Assembly (NCBI RefSeq): GCF_001194135.2
Contig: NC_068981.1
Location: 2,235,195-2,299,194, forward strand
From: Octopus bimaculoides
Lineage: Eukaryota
Direction of reading: 5' to 3'
DNA: 64,000 nt
Shown: positions 1-13,096 of the stretch, piece after piece
Layout: the number at the start of each line of letters is the position of its first letter
How positions within the stretch are numbered: the first letter of the stretch is position 1
Position numbers and translations under genes: made by a program
Notes under the pieces: model-generated
What the model was told of the DNA's origin: nothing
The model's database searches: none
What the model saw: the letters and a program-made list of their open reading frames with translations, nothing else

Positions 1-314
1 CTTAGAAACATGTCCCTGGATGCAGGCTTGGCTGGGTGGAGGTGCTTGTCTTCCCCTCATAAACATAAGGACACAGGAAATGTGTCAAGGCCGACAGGAA
101 GCGGTGCAGCTTCCTAGGGCTAAATAGCAGTAGTATGATTCCCTTATTGGGACTGTCACATAATAAATATTTTCAGTTTAAAAAAAAACGTTTAGCTTCA
201 AATGTTTTATTTTTATGAGAAACTTTTGTTGTTTTCTTTAATTACTGTTTTGTTAAAGCTGTCCTTTTCCCTTAAGAACCTATCACGGTTTATTATTTAA
301 GCTTATGTCGATTC

Positions 315-470
315 CTCTGTGGTGTTGTTTTGCATTTATAATAAATATATACAAATTATAAAAATAATAAAAAAAATATACAGTACAGTACTGTTTCTAC
401 TTTGCAGATTTTCACCTATCATGGCAATGTTTTGGGATGTAACACCTGCGATAGTCGAGGGATTACTGTA
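315..470. mobile_element. Tc1/mariner (pogo/Tigger-like) MITE end
   Basis: The reverse complement starts TA|CAGTAATCCCTCGACTATCGC; a second copy lies at about 28022-28282. Confidence 0.6.
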
Positions 471-661
471 GTTCTGGTCAAAAAAGACAAAACTCTAGAA
501 TTTAAATTCACTGAAAATTAAATTTGAACTTGCAATATGGAAGGAGTTTGATCTTTGGCAAATAGTCTGGACATGTTTCAGTTTTATTTCTCCTCCTCAG
601 CAAAACATTGTCTTACCAATACCTGCCAGTTACTTCACAGATTTTAAATTACATGACTTAC

Positions 662-757
662 CATTATAACTAATCCTTGGTTTTGTAAGACATATAACAA
701 GATGACATTCTAATTCATCTGCAGCAACTGATTTTGAACAAACAGGACATTTAATGC
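662..757 (-). CDS. ZNRF2: ZNRF1/ZNRF2 orthologue, coding exon 2 (96 nt, UBZ-type C2HC zinc finger)
   Basis: Not in the ORF track; read manually. Acceptor ttttcttgtttttttgcag| is followed by (G)IKCPVCSKSVAADELECHLVICLTKPRISYN and the donor G|GTAAGT. Phase is 1/1. It matches the ZNRF FKCPxCSKxVxSDEMxxHxxMCLxKPRxxYN exon. Confidence 0.96.
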
Positions 758-934
758 CTGCAAAAAAACAAGAAAAAAAAATTAATGATCACATGAGAAA
801 TTAGAACAAAATTTTGTTTATATAATGGAAGTGTTTGTGTAGATAAATAAAACAAATGTGAAAAGGAGTAAAAAGTGAATGCCTCATAGGCAACAATTTG
901 TTGTCTCCTCTTGTGGTGGCTTCAGTATATTTAA

Positions 935-1155
935 CCCTTTCGATACCAACCTGGCTGAAACCAGTTCTGGCTCTGTAGTACAAATGTCTTGTTTTCATAA
1001 GTTCTGAATGAAAATCTTCCATCAAACCTTAGTCACAGTTTATGTTCCTAACACTAGCTGAATGAGAACTAAGTTATTTTACTAAATTCTTTGTTATATT
1101 TAAAGTAATTGAAAGAAACACAGAACATCTCAAAATAAATACAGTAACGAAAGGG
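935..1155 (+). mobile_element. piggyBac-like MITE
   Basis: TTAA|CCCTTT...AAAGGG|TTAA ends. Confidence 0.75.
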
Positions 1156-1316
1156 TTAATGCTACAGCAGGTAAGTCTGCAGTCATTCTAAATCTTGTAA
1201 GTATTTAACAGATATTTGATATTCTATCCCTTAACATTATGGCCAAGATTGAACCCTTTTGATAACAACCTTCTTGAGATTGCTCCAGGTTCTATGAGAC
1301 AAACTTCCTATATTAA

Positions 1317-1526
1317 CCCTTTCATTACTGTATTTATTTTGAGATGCTCTGTGTTTCTTTAAATATCACAAAGAATTTAGTAAAACAACTTAGTCATCAT
1401 TAAGCTAGTGTTAGGAACATAAATTGTGACTAAGGTTTGGTGGAAGAATTTAATTTAAAACTTATGAAAACAAGACATTTGTACTCAGAGCCAGAGCCAG
1501 TTTCAGCTGGGTTGGTAATGAAAGGG
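1317..1526 (-). mobile_element. piggyBac-like MITE, same family, opposite orientation
   Basis: TTAA|CCCTTT...AAAGGG|TTAA ends; the reverse complement aligns along its length to 935-1155. Confidence 0.75.
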
Positions 1527-2254
1527 TTAAAATGACTTAAATTTTCATGTTAATTTATGTTCAAAATGCCAACTTAATAACCAAATTTTACAAAATTCAT
1601 TATTTTCTAAATTAATTGAAACAAAAGCAGTGTATTCCAACCAAAATATACTAACAAAAGAGTTGATCACATAATCTTGTTGCTGACATTAAAACCAAGC
1701 AGCTCTTAATTTATTCTCTCTCTTTAAGGAGGAACCTACAATTCCAACATTTGAATTTACACTTTTTTAAACATTTTCATGATGGATGGACAAGAAGTCA
1801 ATGTTATAAAAATGTTTACATTTTAAAGTTATTGTGTTGATACACAAAACAAATATGAAACTAAACAACAACAACAAAAACCCCAAGATCTCAATCTAAA
1901 CGAATTTATGCATTTACTGCTACATATGACCTCTCAGATAAATAACATGTCATGTAAACACCATTATAAAAAGAAAAAGAAATATGAACATATATTCACC
2001 AATTCATTGTATAAGAATAGGTTTTTACCCAATGAAATAAACTGAAATAAAGTTAAAATTTAAATATTGGAACTATAGATCATAGAATATGAGACAAGAG
2101 TAGTTTTAAAATTACCTGTATGGATTACTTGTTCCTTTAGAAGGAAGGAAGGAAATATTTCCCAATCAAAGCAAACAAGTGAAATACACATGTGAAAGAT
2201 TGAAAACAGTCTGTAGAATCATAAAAGAGTGTGACAAATGGAAAGTCTGGGCAA

Positions 2255-2852
2255 TGAAAATGGTAAAGACATCAACATGACAATAAATACACCACCACAT
2301 TAATGAGGTGACAGTAAATACACTACTACGACAATGACATAATGGTAAATACACTATTACATCAATGAAAATGGTATAGACACCAATAAGCTAATGACAT
2401 AATGGCAAAGACACGACCATGTCAATGTAAATATAGCAATCATCGATGACATAACAGTAAAAAGACCAGTATGTCATTGGTGTAACTGAATACAACCAAC
2501 ATGTCATTGACATAATGGCAAATACAGCAACCTGTCAATGACACAACAATAAACACACCACCAAATCAATGGCATAACCATGAATAAACCAACACGTCAA
2601 TGGCGTAACAGTAAATACACTACAACATCAATGACAAAATATATACACCAACATGTCAATGACAATAGTGATCACACCAACACATCAACGATGTAACAAT
2701 AAATACACCAACATGTCAACAATGTAACAGCAAATACACCAACATGTCAACAACGTAACGGTCATTACATCAATACGGCAACATGTCAATGACGTATCAG
2801 TGATTATACCAATATAGCAATGACATAATGGTAGATACACCAACATGTCAAA
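2255..2852. repeat. Degenerate minisatellite, unit about 31 bp (caccaacatgtcaatgacataatggtaaata)
   Basis: Recurrent caacatgtcaa anchors at roughly 31-nt spacing. Confidence 0.8.
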
Positions 2853-4994
2853 CCAAATTTGGCAAATAGCAAAACCAGACGAAATTGAGCTATAACAGCA
2901 ATAATTAGTCAATAAGAGTGTTGAGTTTAATTGCTGTGAGGAGTGTTGAAGCTAACATTGCTGGTCTTACACTTTGAAAAGTAATAATGAGAAAAGGCTG
3001 AAACCACAACACCACTCACTTCCCCACCCTTGTCATGCACACTCCCTCACTCTCCTTCCATCACCCCTAACATGTCAAAATGTTAAGTTCCAGTCTTCAC
3101 AGTGTCTGAACCTCTTCAATTCTTAAAGGAAACACAGATCTGATTGATCGACACTAAACTCCTACCATATTTTTTTTTTCTTTCCTCCACACATTGTATC
3201 CAGAAACAATAATCACACAAGAACTCGTCCATCTGTTATCAAACAGAGGAAGTATTGGCTCAAAGATATAAGGAGATAACGGTTAACGACAATGCATTTC
3301 AATGTTGACTACAATTGAATGAATGAATCAGCAAAACTGCCATTTAGTTTCCCTTCAATATTTCCTGTTCACTGTGCATCATTTTTGTTAGTCCTTTTGT
3401 TTTACGAGTTTGAATCAAGTCATTCCCACCATATCAGGGCAAAAATGACCAAGCAGATGTTGGACAACTAAGAAAGAAATTTAACTTCACCCCCACTAAC
3501 TTAAACGCTTCCGTTTTCACATTTCTGCTGAAATACATTTCCTGTTTCAATTAATTTTGAAACTAATGAATTTAGTAAAATAGCTTTATCATTATTAAGC
3601 TGCAGCTTTGAACCTGAAATTCTGGGAGTCTTAAATTTCTATCACTTTAAAGCAGGAAGTTTGCATCATAGAAACAGATGTGGTCTCAGACGGGTTGGTA
3701 TCACAACGATTAACATATGGAACCAGAGGCACAGATGTGGCTTGTGGTAAGAAGCTTGCTTTCCAACCACATCGTTCTGGGTTCAATCCTACTGTGTGGC
3801 ACTTGGGGCTACTTTGGGCAAGTGTGGTACTTGGGGCTACTATAGCCTTGAATCAACCAAAGCCTTATAAGTGGTTATGGTAGATGGAAACTGGAAGAAG
3901 CCTGTGTGAGTATGTATGTGTATGTCCCTCAACACCACTTGACAACTGGTGTTGGTGTGTTCATGTCCCCGTAACTTAGTGGTTCAGCAAAAGAGACAGA
4001 TAGAATAAATGTCAGGCTTTAAAAAATTAAGTACTGGGGTCAATTCATTCAACCGAAAATTCTTCAAGGTTGTGCCCCAGCATGTCCACCGTCTAATGAC
4101 TGAAACAAGTAAAAGACACCCATACATATCGCCATTAGCTAGGTAAACAGGTGACAAATCTTCTGGGATGGACCTCGTGCTAGTGGCATGTAAAAAGCAC
4201 ATTCAAACATGGCCGACAGCAGTACCCCTCCTCCTGGACTCGTGCTGGCAGCAGGTAAAAAGCATCATCCAAACGTGATCGATGACAAGCCTGCCTGACT
4301 GGCTCTTGTACCGGTGGCACATAAAAAGCACCCACTACACTCTCGGAGTGGTTGGCATAAGGAAAGGCATCCAGCTGTAGAAACTCTGCCAAATCAGATT
4401 GGAGCCTGGTGCAGCCGGCTCTCCAGACCTCAGTCAAATCATCCAACCCATGCTAGCATGGAAAGCGGACGTTAAACGATGACGATGATGATGATGACTG
4501 TATGTTTTAATAAAATGTTAAATGAAATGAGAAATGATGAAAGCTTTTAAAAAAGCAAAAAGTTTTAAAAAACCTTCATATTTCGAGCACAAAGGCCTAT
4601 CCTCAGAAGAATACAGTCCAGGAAATGGGTTTACATAGATCCTGCCATTTCGGGCAGCCAGTGACCCGGTTTCTGATATATACACGCACGACGGACTTCT
4701 TTCAGTTTCCATCTACCAAATCTACTCACAAGGCTTTGATCAGCCCAAGGCTGTAACAGAAGACACTTGTGCAAGGTGCCACACAGTGGGACTGACTCGG
4801 AACCATGTGGTTGGCAATCAAACTTCTTACCACACAGCCACACCTGCTCCTATAAAGTGAAACTGCTTGTGCTCATAGCAGCAGCTCCCTAACTGCTGGT
4901 GTTGCATAGGGGTCACATTGGGGACGAAGGTGGAAGGCTGGCTGTAGGTTGACAGCAGTATTGCAGAAGGCAACTGGCCATGGTAGTGAATCCT

Positions 4995-5058
4995 ATGGTA
5001 GTAGTAGTAGCAGAGAGTAATGGTGTTGGTGGTGGTGGTGGTGGTGGTGGTGGTAGTG

Positions 5059-5089
<31 letters not shown>

Positions 5090-5110
5090 TAGTGGTAGTA
5101 GTGGTAGTCG
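4995..5110. repeat. Compound (GTG)n/(GTA)n microsatellite
   Basis: Directly visible. Confidence 0.95.
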
Positions 5111-6699
5111 TAACAGGTGATGAATGGCACTGGTGGTGTATGTTCTGGTCATAGTCTTCAGCAAGTTGGTTGGTGGTTGTCATGTGTGGGTTGGTTGGTC
5201 GGTTTCATGGGACTCAATTGTGTGACTTACATAACGTCTTCAGTTTAATTAGCAACGGGCTTGATGTGAATTCGTAGTAGTAGTAGTAGTAGTAGTACAT
5301 CCATTATTATACAGCTGTCACCTGAGCAGCCAATCAACAATATATTCTGAAAGTAGTACATAGGTTTGTTTGTTTTTATTTTAGGAAAACAAACTAAGGC
5401 AGGTCATGAAGCAGTCTGTATAATAAGTGGGTGTGGATTGATTGAAGTCTGTCACCTGGGCGCCTCTACATGACACAAGGTGCCTTTAGTGGAGTCTATT
5501 TCAGGCAGGTGTCTGGTCTGAGGTCTTCCAACTAGATATGAAGGCCCAATGAAAGGGCATTGATGTTACCTTTCTTGCTAACTAACCAATTACAAAGTGG
5601 GGAGGAAAGTATGTGGTAAGAAGCTTGCTTCCCAACCACATGGTTCCTGGTTCAGTCCCACTGTGGAGCATGTTACCTAAGTGTCTTCTACTATAGTGTC
5701 AAGCCGACCAAAGTTTTGTGAATAGATCTGGAAGACGGAAACTGAAAGAAGCCCATCATGTATGTGTGTGTCTGTCCCCACCATTGCTTGACAACCGATG
5801 TTGGTGTGTTTATGTCTCCATAAATTAGAGGTTTGACAAAAAAGATTGAGAGAATAAATACCAGGATTTTTTTTTTAATGGGAAAAAAGTACAGGGGTCA
5901 ATTCATTTGAATATTGATTCTTTGAGGCAGTGCCCCAGCATGGCCATAGTCTAATAACTGAAACAGGTAAAAAAAATTAATAAAAAAGATAAATCCAAAA
6001 ATGCAGTGGTTATTACTATGGACTCTGGTAGAGGCCAAGCAACAGCAAACTTGTTTAATATTTCTGACATGGCTGTTTGATTAAGAAGTTTGCTTCCAAA
6101 CCACACATGATTTGGGGTTCTGTCCCACAGCACAACACCTTCAATAAGGGTTTACTACTAGAGCCCCAGACCAACCAAAAGCTTGTGCATGGTAGCTACA
6201 CACACACATGCACACGTGCGTGTGATCCTTGTCTTAGCATCACGTGATGGTTGTAAGCAAGCATCACCTTGATGCATGTTGTTTCCACTCTTAAATGGAA
6301 AAAAAGTGTGCCTAAGGAGAAATCTTACCCTCTTTGGAAACAAGTGAGGGTTGATGACAGGAAGGGTATCCAGCTGTAGAAAATCTGCCTCAGTTCCAAG
6401 TGTGGAAAAGTGACGTTAAATGATGATCTTATGATTAATAAACTATGAACTTAGAAGTGCAGCGATATCAATACATTGAACAGGTCCTAGCTTGCTAATG
6501 TACATACACTGATTCTATTATTACTGTAGGCTCATACCAAACCAAACTGGCTTCGTATAGTCCCTAATTTACAAAACTACGAATAAAGAACTTGCAATAA
6601 TACCAGTATTTCAAACCCTCACCAGCCCTAATGCTTTATATTAACTTAATGATAAAATCAATACTAACCAGGTTAAATTTCTTTGTAACTCCTTCGCTG

Positions 6700-6900
6700 T
6701 CTGATCTGGATTACCTCCCTTCCAAACTCAACCCTCTGAGAGTAACTTTCCTTACCCCAATAACAGACAGCCCAATGCTATTCTTGTGATAATGAGAGAT
6801 TTCAACAAGACTTGAGCCAGCTAATGAGAGAAAAGCTTTATTGCACAAGTCTTTCGTGTGAGGAAACTGCCAGTAGTTGCCAGTGTTGGCTTCAGTCAAC
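6700..6900 (+). mobile_element. Possible LINE APE-endonuclease remnant
   Basis: PNAILVIMRDFNK resembles the GDFN motif; otherwise heavily decayed. Confidence 0.4.
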
Positions 6901-6975
6901 TAAATTAATTAATATGTTACAGTACTGAGCACTTCTGTTTTGTTAGATAGAGATAGTGTGTGCGTGTGCGTGTGC

Positions 6976-7014
<39 letters not shown>

Positions 7015-7208
7015 TGATTGGTGAGTAGCATACTTTATTTTTAAATTAGAGGTGCCCTATAATCCAAATCTTAACAGCAATGAACTGGCATTGTCATGGT
7101 TAGGGTGAATGTTTAAAGAAATAGCTTTACATATTTTTTCAAATCAAGTCTCGTACAACCATCGACCCTTCAACCAGGAGCCCTGAGCAGTTAAGAGATT
7201 TACTTTAA

Positions 7209-7428
7209 CCCTTTAGCATTTAAACCAGTCATAGCTAGCCCAAGCATTCTGTTTGTTATATGTTGAGACTGGCCACATCAGGCCTCTCACTTCTACCCTA
7301 TAATGTCATGCTAAAAATAAACAACCATATCATTGAAATCTTGCAGCTATGAGATATTGCACGATTAATTCAAAATGCTGTGAACACATAAGCATAGCAT
7401 TTGGCAGAATAACCAGAGTGCTAAAGGG
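7209..7428. mobile_element. Second piggyBac-like MITE family (related fragments at about 10015-10165 and 25245-25425)
   Basis: TTAA|CCCTTTAGCA...TGCTAAAGGG|CTAA ends. Confidence 0.65.
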
Positions 7429-9132
7429 CTAATGTTGTGCAGGTCTGTGTTTCCAAACTGGAAACACACAGCTGTTTCCATAGAAACTTACTTGCATAGT
7501 TCTCTAGTTCCGACTTTTGGTCAGGAGTTAAAACAGTGCTGATAAAATGATTCTTTGCTTACTACCACTAACTTTATTTCCCCTAAACAATGACTGGTAT
7601 TCCTTAATACCATAGATATTATAATAGCAATCCAGTAAACACTGACCAAAGTGAAACTTTTTGTGTCAAACTTTTGCAAAACAAAGTTTTCAGTTCAAGT
7701 GAAAAGTAAAAACATTTTTTACCTAATACAACATATAATTTAATCTGTTTACTGTTGTAATTTCAGTTTATACATATAAGCCACTTAAAAGCACCCAGTT
7801 CACACTGTAAAGTGGTTGGTGTTTGGAAAGGCATCCAGCTGTTAAAACCTTGCCAAAACTGACCTCGTCTGCGCTTGTGCCACATAAAAAGCACTACTCA
7901 CTTTGCCTGTGCCACATAAAAAGCACTAAGTCCACTCTGTTGAGTGGTTGGTGTTAGGAAGAGAATCCGGCTGTAAAAATCCTGCCAAAACAGCCACAGA
8001 AGACTGGTGCAGGCTTCTGCCTGGCCAACTCTTGTGAAACCGTCCCACCCATGCCAGCATGGAAGGCAGGCATTAAACGATGATGATGGTGAACCCTTTA
8101 ACTAGTTTCAGCTTGAAAGCTGCAGCCATGCTGGGGCACTGCCATTAGCCTTGCTGCATCTTCACTACCTAAAATCTATTCTAATTAAGTGAAATTTGAT
8201 GAATGAGGGAGTTTGATGCTGCTGCCCTCATTTGCATTCCCCGACACAAGGTAGGCTCACCTGGAACTCTTAACAGAAGATCCAGTTTGGGTTTGGAGAC
8301 ACCTACATCCACCCCTGGAAGGTCTCCCAGGCTTATTAGGAGGATATTGGAGCATTGTGGGTCTTTGAAACCTCATCTCTTGCAATAAATATCTGGTCCT
8401 GTATTTAACTGACCCAAGGCCTTAATTGAGAAAAATTGAAATCTAGTTGATTAAAGTGATCTGATACTTCATTTTATTGACCCAAAAGGTTGAAAAGCAA
8501 AACAGGCCTTAGTAGGTTTTGAACTCAAAACATGAAAAAAAAACTAACTAAAAATACTACAAAGTGTTTTCTTCAGAACTACAACAATTCTGTATAAATA
8601 AATGAAATCGATATTTATTTTCCTTTTTGCCCAGGATAACCTGATACTTTCTCGTTTCATTTTAACTAGAAACATCATTCTGCTTAACCTTGACAAAAAG
8701 ATTTCATTTTCAATGTCCTGTACGGCTCGAACTTCACTGAAATAACTGCTTTTTTCACTTGACTGAAGATAGTGATCAGGTTTCAGCATGGTACCAGTTG
8801 CAATGGCTAAAACTAAATTATATAAAAGCAATTTTTCTTTTTTTAAGTAGAAAAAAGGAAAATACGTATATCATTTTAATGGTTTGTCATCGGTCACTAA
8901 GTGTTATAACCTATTTGCTTTTATCTAGAAATCAAAGGAAATGACTACTATTCCCTTCAAGCTTTGTTTTTGTGACCTGGACGTCAATGTTTCGAAACTG
9001 ACTTTCCATTACATTTCACACAGATTCGGCACCGAGTTGCTGAAGCAGAAATATCGTTATAGCAAATATTCTGCCCAATACCACAGATTTGCTTGTCAGT
9101 TGCCTGACCTTAACCCCTTGAGCATGTCCCTT

Positions 9133-9252
9133 GGTGATAGACAATATGTGCATCTATAGTTCTAATAATCATCACAAATGAATATTGNNNNNNNNNNGGT
9201 GATAGACAATATGTGCATCTATAGTTCTAATAATCATCACAAATGAATATTG
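9133..9252. other. Assembly artefact: 55-bp sequence duplicated either side of a 10-N gap (9188-9197)
   Basis: Identical ggtgatagac...gaatattg on both sides; the same pattern occurs at gap 33026-33035. Confidence 0.85.
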
Positions 9253-9611
9253 GGGGGGGGGGGGCAGAAATGTCAGAGTCCTATTTATTCACCTTCTTAA
9301 TAAATAAAATCAAAGCTTGAAGGAAATATTAGCCATTTCCAAATAGGAAATAACAGTTGCTACCCAAGGATAAAATTCATGTTACCCAGTGTAATTTGAA
9401 GATATTGATAGTTTCAAGTATTTGGTTATTGCATTATTGTTTTGCAAAGTACAACTTAGGAATAAACTTGGGCCCAATTTAAAGATATGCAATACAGTAT
9501 GTCTTCACCACTTTATTCTAACTCTGTAAGGGAGGACATGAGAGGAGAAGGTCTTATTGATTACCTTCATTCAAATGTGCAATTACCTTTGTTTAAGGAG
9601 TTTTTGTTTAA

Positions 9612-9775
9612 GGCGCAAGAATGGCTGTGTGGTAAGTAGCTTGCTTCCCAACCACATGGTTCCAGGTTCAGTCCTACTGCGTGGCACCTTGGGCTAGTGT
9701 CTTCTACTATAGCCTCGGGCTGACCAAAGCCTTGTGAGTGGATTTGGTAGACGGAAACTGAAAGAAGCCCGTCAC

Positions 9776-9826
<51 letters not shown>

Positions 9827-10016
9827 TGTCCACCCCACCATCGCTTGACAACCGATGCTGGTGTGTTTACATCCCTGTAACTTAGCGGTTCAGCAAAAGA
9901 GACCAATAGAATAAGTACTAGGCTTACAAAGAATAAGTCCTGGGGTCGATTTACTTGACTAAAGGTGGTGCTCCAGCATGGCTGCAGTCAAATGACTGAA
10001 ACAAGTAAAAGAGTAA
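9612..10016 (+). mobile_element. tRNA-derived SINE family A (head, internal CA/TA microsatellite, tail ending gactgaaacaagtaaaaga); representative of at least 20 copies
   Basis: Head ggctgtgtggtaag...ggttcagtcc. Other copies or fragments at about 3730-4115(+), 4700-4850(-), 5605-5975(+), 16480-16770(-), 20430-20770(-), 20850-21230(+), 35310-35685(-), 37417-37590(+), 43095-43385(-), 55385-55560(+) and 60148-60280(+). Confidence 0.9.
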
Positions 10017-10569
10017 CCCTTTAGCATTTAAACTGACCATATCCAGCCCAAATATTCTGTTTTAGGTTGAAACTGGCCAGATCTGGTCTCTCACACCTAC
10101 CCTACAATATCATTCTAAAATTAGAAGCCACATCAGTGAAACCTCAAAGTTACGAGATACTGAATGATTACGGTGACATGCATATCCATTTCTGGGACAA
10201 AAGGACTTTTAGAAGAACTTAATTTCTTTGCATACTTTCTTAATCAAACCATCATCCCACAGTCAAGAGGGCTTTAAAGAAATGTGTTGAATATTTTAGA
10301 AGGCTCAGAACTGATTAAATACACCAGCATCATCATTTAACACCTGTTTTCCATGCTGGAATAGGTTGGATCATTTGACAGGAACTGGCAAACCAGAGAA
10401 CTGCACCAGGCCCCAATTGTCTGTTTTGGAATGGTTTCTATGGCTGGATACGCTTCCTAACACCAACCACTTTACAAAGTGTACTGGTTGCTTTTCACAT
10501 GGCACCAGCAGGATTGTCAAGTAACTTGCAAGACCAAACTAAGCAATTGAGCAAGACCATAACACTTAA

Positions 10570-11620
10570 ACAAAGCTCAAGAAACAAGCTTGTGCTCTTA
10601 TAGAAACTGTAGCAAAAATCACACATTAACCAAATCAGTAATTTTACAAGCGTGATGTAAAGTAGTAAGTAATCGGTCTGACAAAGAATTCAAGAAAAAA
10701 AAACTTATTTGCTATCCCTATGTCAAATAAAAATGTTATTAGTCAACCCGTAAAAGATATGTCCCTAGACGCTGAGTCACAAGTGATACCAAGAATTCAA
10801 AAAAACATTTTTTCTTTTTTCTTTTTTTTTTTACTATCCAGTTGGATAAGCTAAGAGATGGAAATGGAAAGCTTGACTTCAAACATTCTTTAAGTCTGTG
10901 TATCAGGAGACACAACATGGACTAATTTTTATTTTGTAAACTACTTTGAGAAACAACAAAAAGGCAGAAATATTTTTCTTGTGATTTATCATAGACAATG
11001 CCCTCTCTATGAGAGGATATTCTGCACTGGCAGAGCAAAAGAAACCTGCTATTGTTTTTACACATTATTCCCTGCATAGAGAAGTCCTCGTTTCAAAATC
11101 ATTAAAAAGAATAGTAGATAAGAATGTTAGAATGGCTAATTATATCAAGAGTAGGCTATTAAAATCAAGGTCATTTTCCTTACTGTTTTCCCATGGAAGC
11201 TGCTCACAAACACATCTTCTATTGTATACAGAACTAAGATGGTTATCTTGAAGGAGGGCACTTTCAAGGTTTTATAAATGGAGTGGAGAACTACTTTACT
11301 TTCAAAGTTTGAAAAGGCAGATGGCTGACCTGCTTAGTAAAGAAATGTGGTGCAACAAAGCTGCATTCTGAGCACACATTTTCAAAACAAAAATGCACTT
11401 ATTAAGAACATGAAAAAAATAACAAATTTACTAGTACTGAGAAAATTAACCTTTAATGAAAAACTAGCATTGTGCAGAATCAGAAGAAGAAAGAAAGTAG
11501 AAGTGTTTCAGCAAAGAAAATCTAAACAGGAGAAAAATCTTGTTGAATTCTAGAAAATTAGTCACTGCTGAGGAAAACTATTTGGTGAGAAATCATTTTA
11601 TGTTAAGCAGGTGTGATTCA
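10570..11620 (+). mobile_element. hAT (Buster/Charlie/ZBED5-like) transposase remnant
   Basis: Fragments IPMSNKNV..DMSLDAESQV, FxIQLD, THYSLHREVLVSK and LLYTELRWLS*R..RFY, broken by stops and frameshifts. Confidence 0.85.
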
Positions 11621-11911
11621 GCAGAATTTACTGTTTCAGAGCAGCACTGATTGACAGAGGTAGTTGCTGCTCCAGCAGAAATATTCGATACTGTACCTCC
11701 ACTATATCAAGCTTTTGTTTGTTACTTAGTGACCTCATTAGAGTTGGTACCACCAAAAACAAAAAGGGAATTAAAAAAAATACAAACAGAAAATCCAGGA
11801 CACTCTGATTGGCATTACAAAGATTATCCAACCCTAGAAACCATGCCAAAATTAACATTGGTGCATGACAGTTCTCCAATTCATTGGACCCTATCAAACT
11901 GCCCAGCCTAT

Positions 11912-12199
11912 ACAGTTCTATATTCAAGAGATGAGGAATTATGTACATTATTTACATTTGACAGATATTTGTCCTCCTCCTGTTTGTTGTTAACACAACA
12001 TTTCAGCTGATATACCCTCCAGCCTTCATCAGGTGTCTTGGGGGAAATTTTGAACCTGGGTTCTCATTCCTAAGGTATTTTTCAATGTTATTATTATTAT
12101 AAGACACGTGATGAAGGCTGGAGGGTGTATCAGCTGAAACGTTGTGTTAACAAACAAATTGAGGACAAATATCCGTCCAATGTAAATAATGTAAATAAT
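11912..12199. mobile_element. Hammerhead-carrying Penelope-type non-autonomous element (family 1), inverted pair with 11-bp TSD
   Basis: Minus-oriented body 11912-12100 and plus-oriented partial copy 12101-12199. GCCCAGCCTAT flanks both sides (11901-11911 and 12200-12210). Hammerhead motifs at 11992-12037 (-) and 12103-12148 (+). Confidence 0.8.
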
Positions 12200-12865
12200 G
12201 CCCAGCCTATGCCAGCATGGTAGCTAGACAATGATGATGATGATGATGATGATGAAATGATAAACAGTGTTCATGCCTTTCCCAAAAACATGAGTGAGAG
12301 AAGAGGAGAGAAATCACAAACAAGGAACTAAAACTATATTCAGAACACACTTAACCAAATCCTTTAATCCACCGTGCTATTCACACGATATAATTAAATA
12401 TTTCATTTCTAACATGACATACACATGAAGTTGGGGGGGGGGGATAATTAGGACTCTGGCATTTCTGCTTTTCCCCCAATATTCATTTGTGATGATTATT
12501 AGAACTATACAAAGCGAGTTATTTTGTAAAAAAAAACATTTTTAAATACTTGAGTTAGGAGATGAGTGATTTTTAAAATGGCAAAAAAAAACCTCCAATA
12601 AAAGTGACAAAATGTTAAAATAAAAACAAGACAGTAAAATTAAAAAATAAAGAGAAGCAAAGGACGTGTATTATACATACATACACACACACACAATCAT
12701 TGTTTAACATCCACTTTCCATGCTAGCATGGGTTGGACGATTTGACTGAGAACTATTAATATTAAACAGTGAAAATGACTACTCAATACCTCATTAGCAG
12801 ATAAATATTCTTTGTGAACCAGGCTACTAAAATAAATTAGCAACTGATGATAAAGGACGACTTTT

Positions 12866-13096
12866 ATACATTATTTACATTTGACGGATATTTGTCCTCA
12901 TCTTGTTTGTTGTTAACACATTTCAGCTGATATACCCTCCAGCCTACATCAGGTGTCTTGTGGAAATTTCAAAGCTGGGTTCTCATTCTGAAGGTATTTT
13001 TCGATGTTATTATTATCATTATCATTGAGGTCACTGTTTGGAATCAAACTCAGAATCTTGGGGTTAGTAGCCCACGTTCTTAACCACTACGCCAGA
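12866..13096 (-). mobile_element. Family 1 tRNA-head/(AAT)n/hammerhead SINE, decayed copy
   Basis: Same body as the 11912 copy, followed by an (ATT)n linker and the reverse complement of the tRNA-like head. The core is damaged (3-nt deletion, CTGATGTA). Confidence 0.8.

Noticed and set aside
1-661. Search for ZNRF exon 3 (RING-H2, ECxICLE...LPCLCIYH)
   Set aside because: No matching sequence found; it lies outside the window.
2255-2852. Regularly spaced repeat considered as a CRISPR array
   Set aside because: Contiguous degenerate tandem units without unique spacers, in a eukaryotic context with no cas genes.
4827-5183. Poly-Thr and poly-Leu/Pro ORFs
   Set aside because: Products of the GTG/GTA microsatellite.
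8544-8831. 95-aa minus-strand ORF with a plausible phase-1 acceptor, considered as a ZNRF cassette exon
   Set aside because: No good phase-1 donor and no recognisable homology; compatible with chance.
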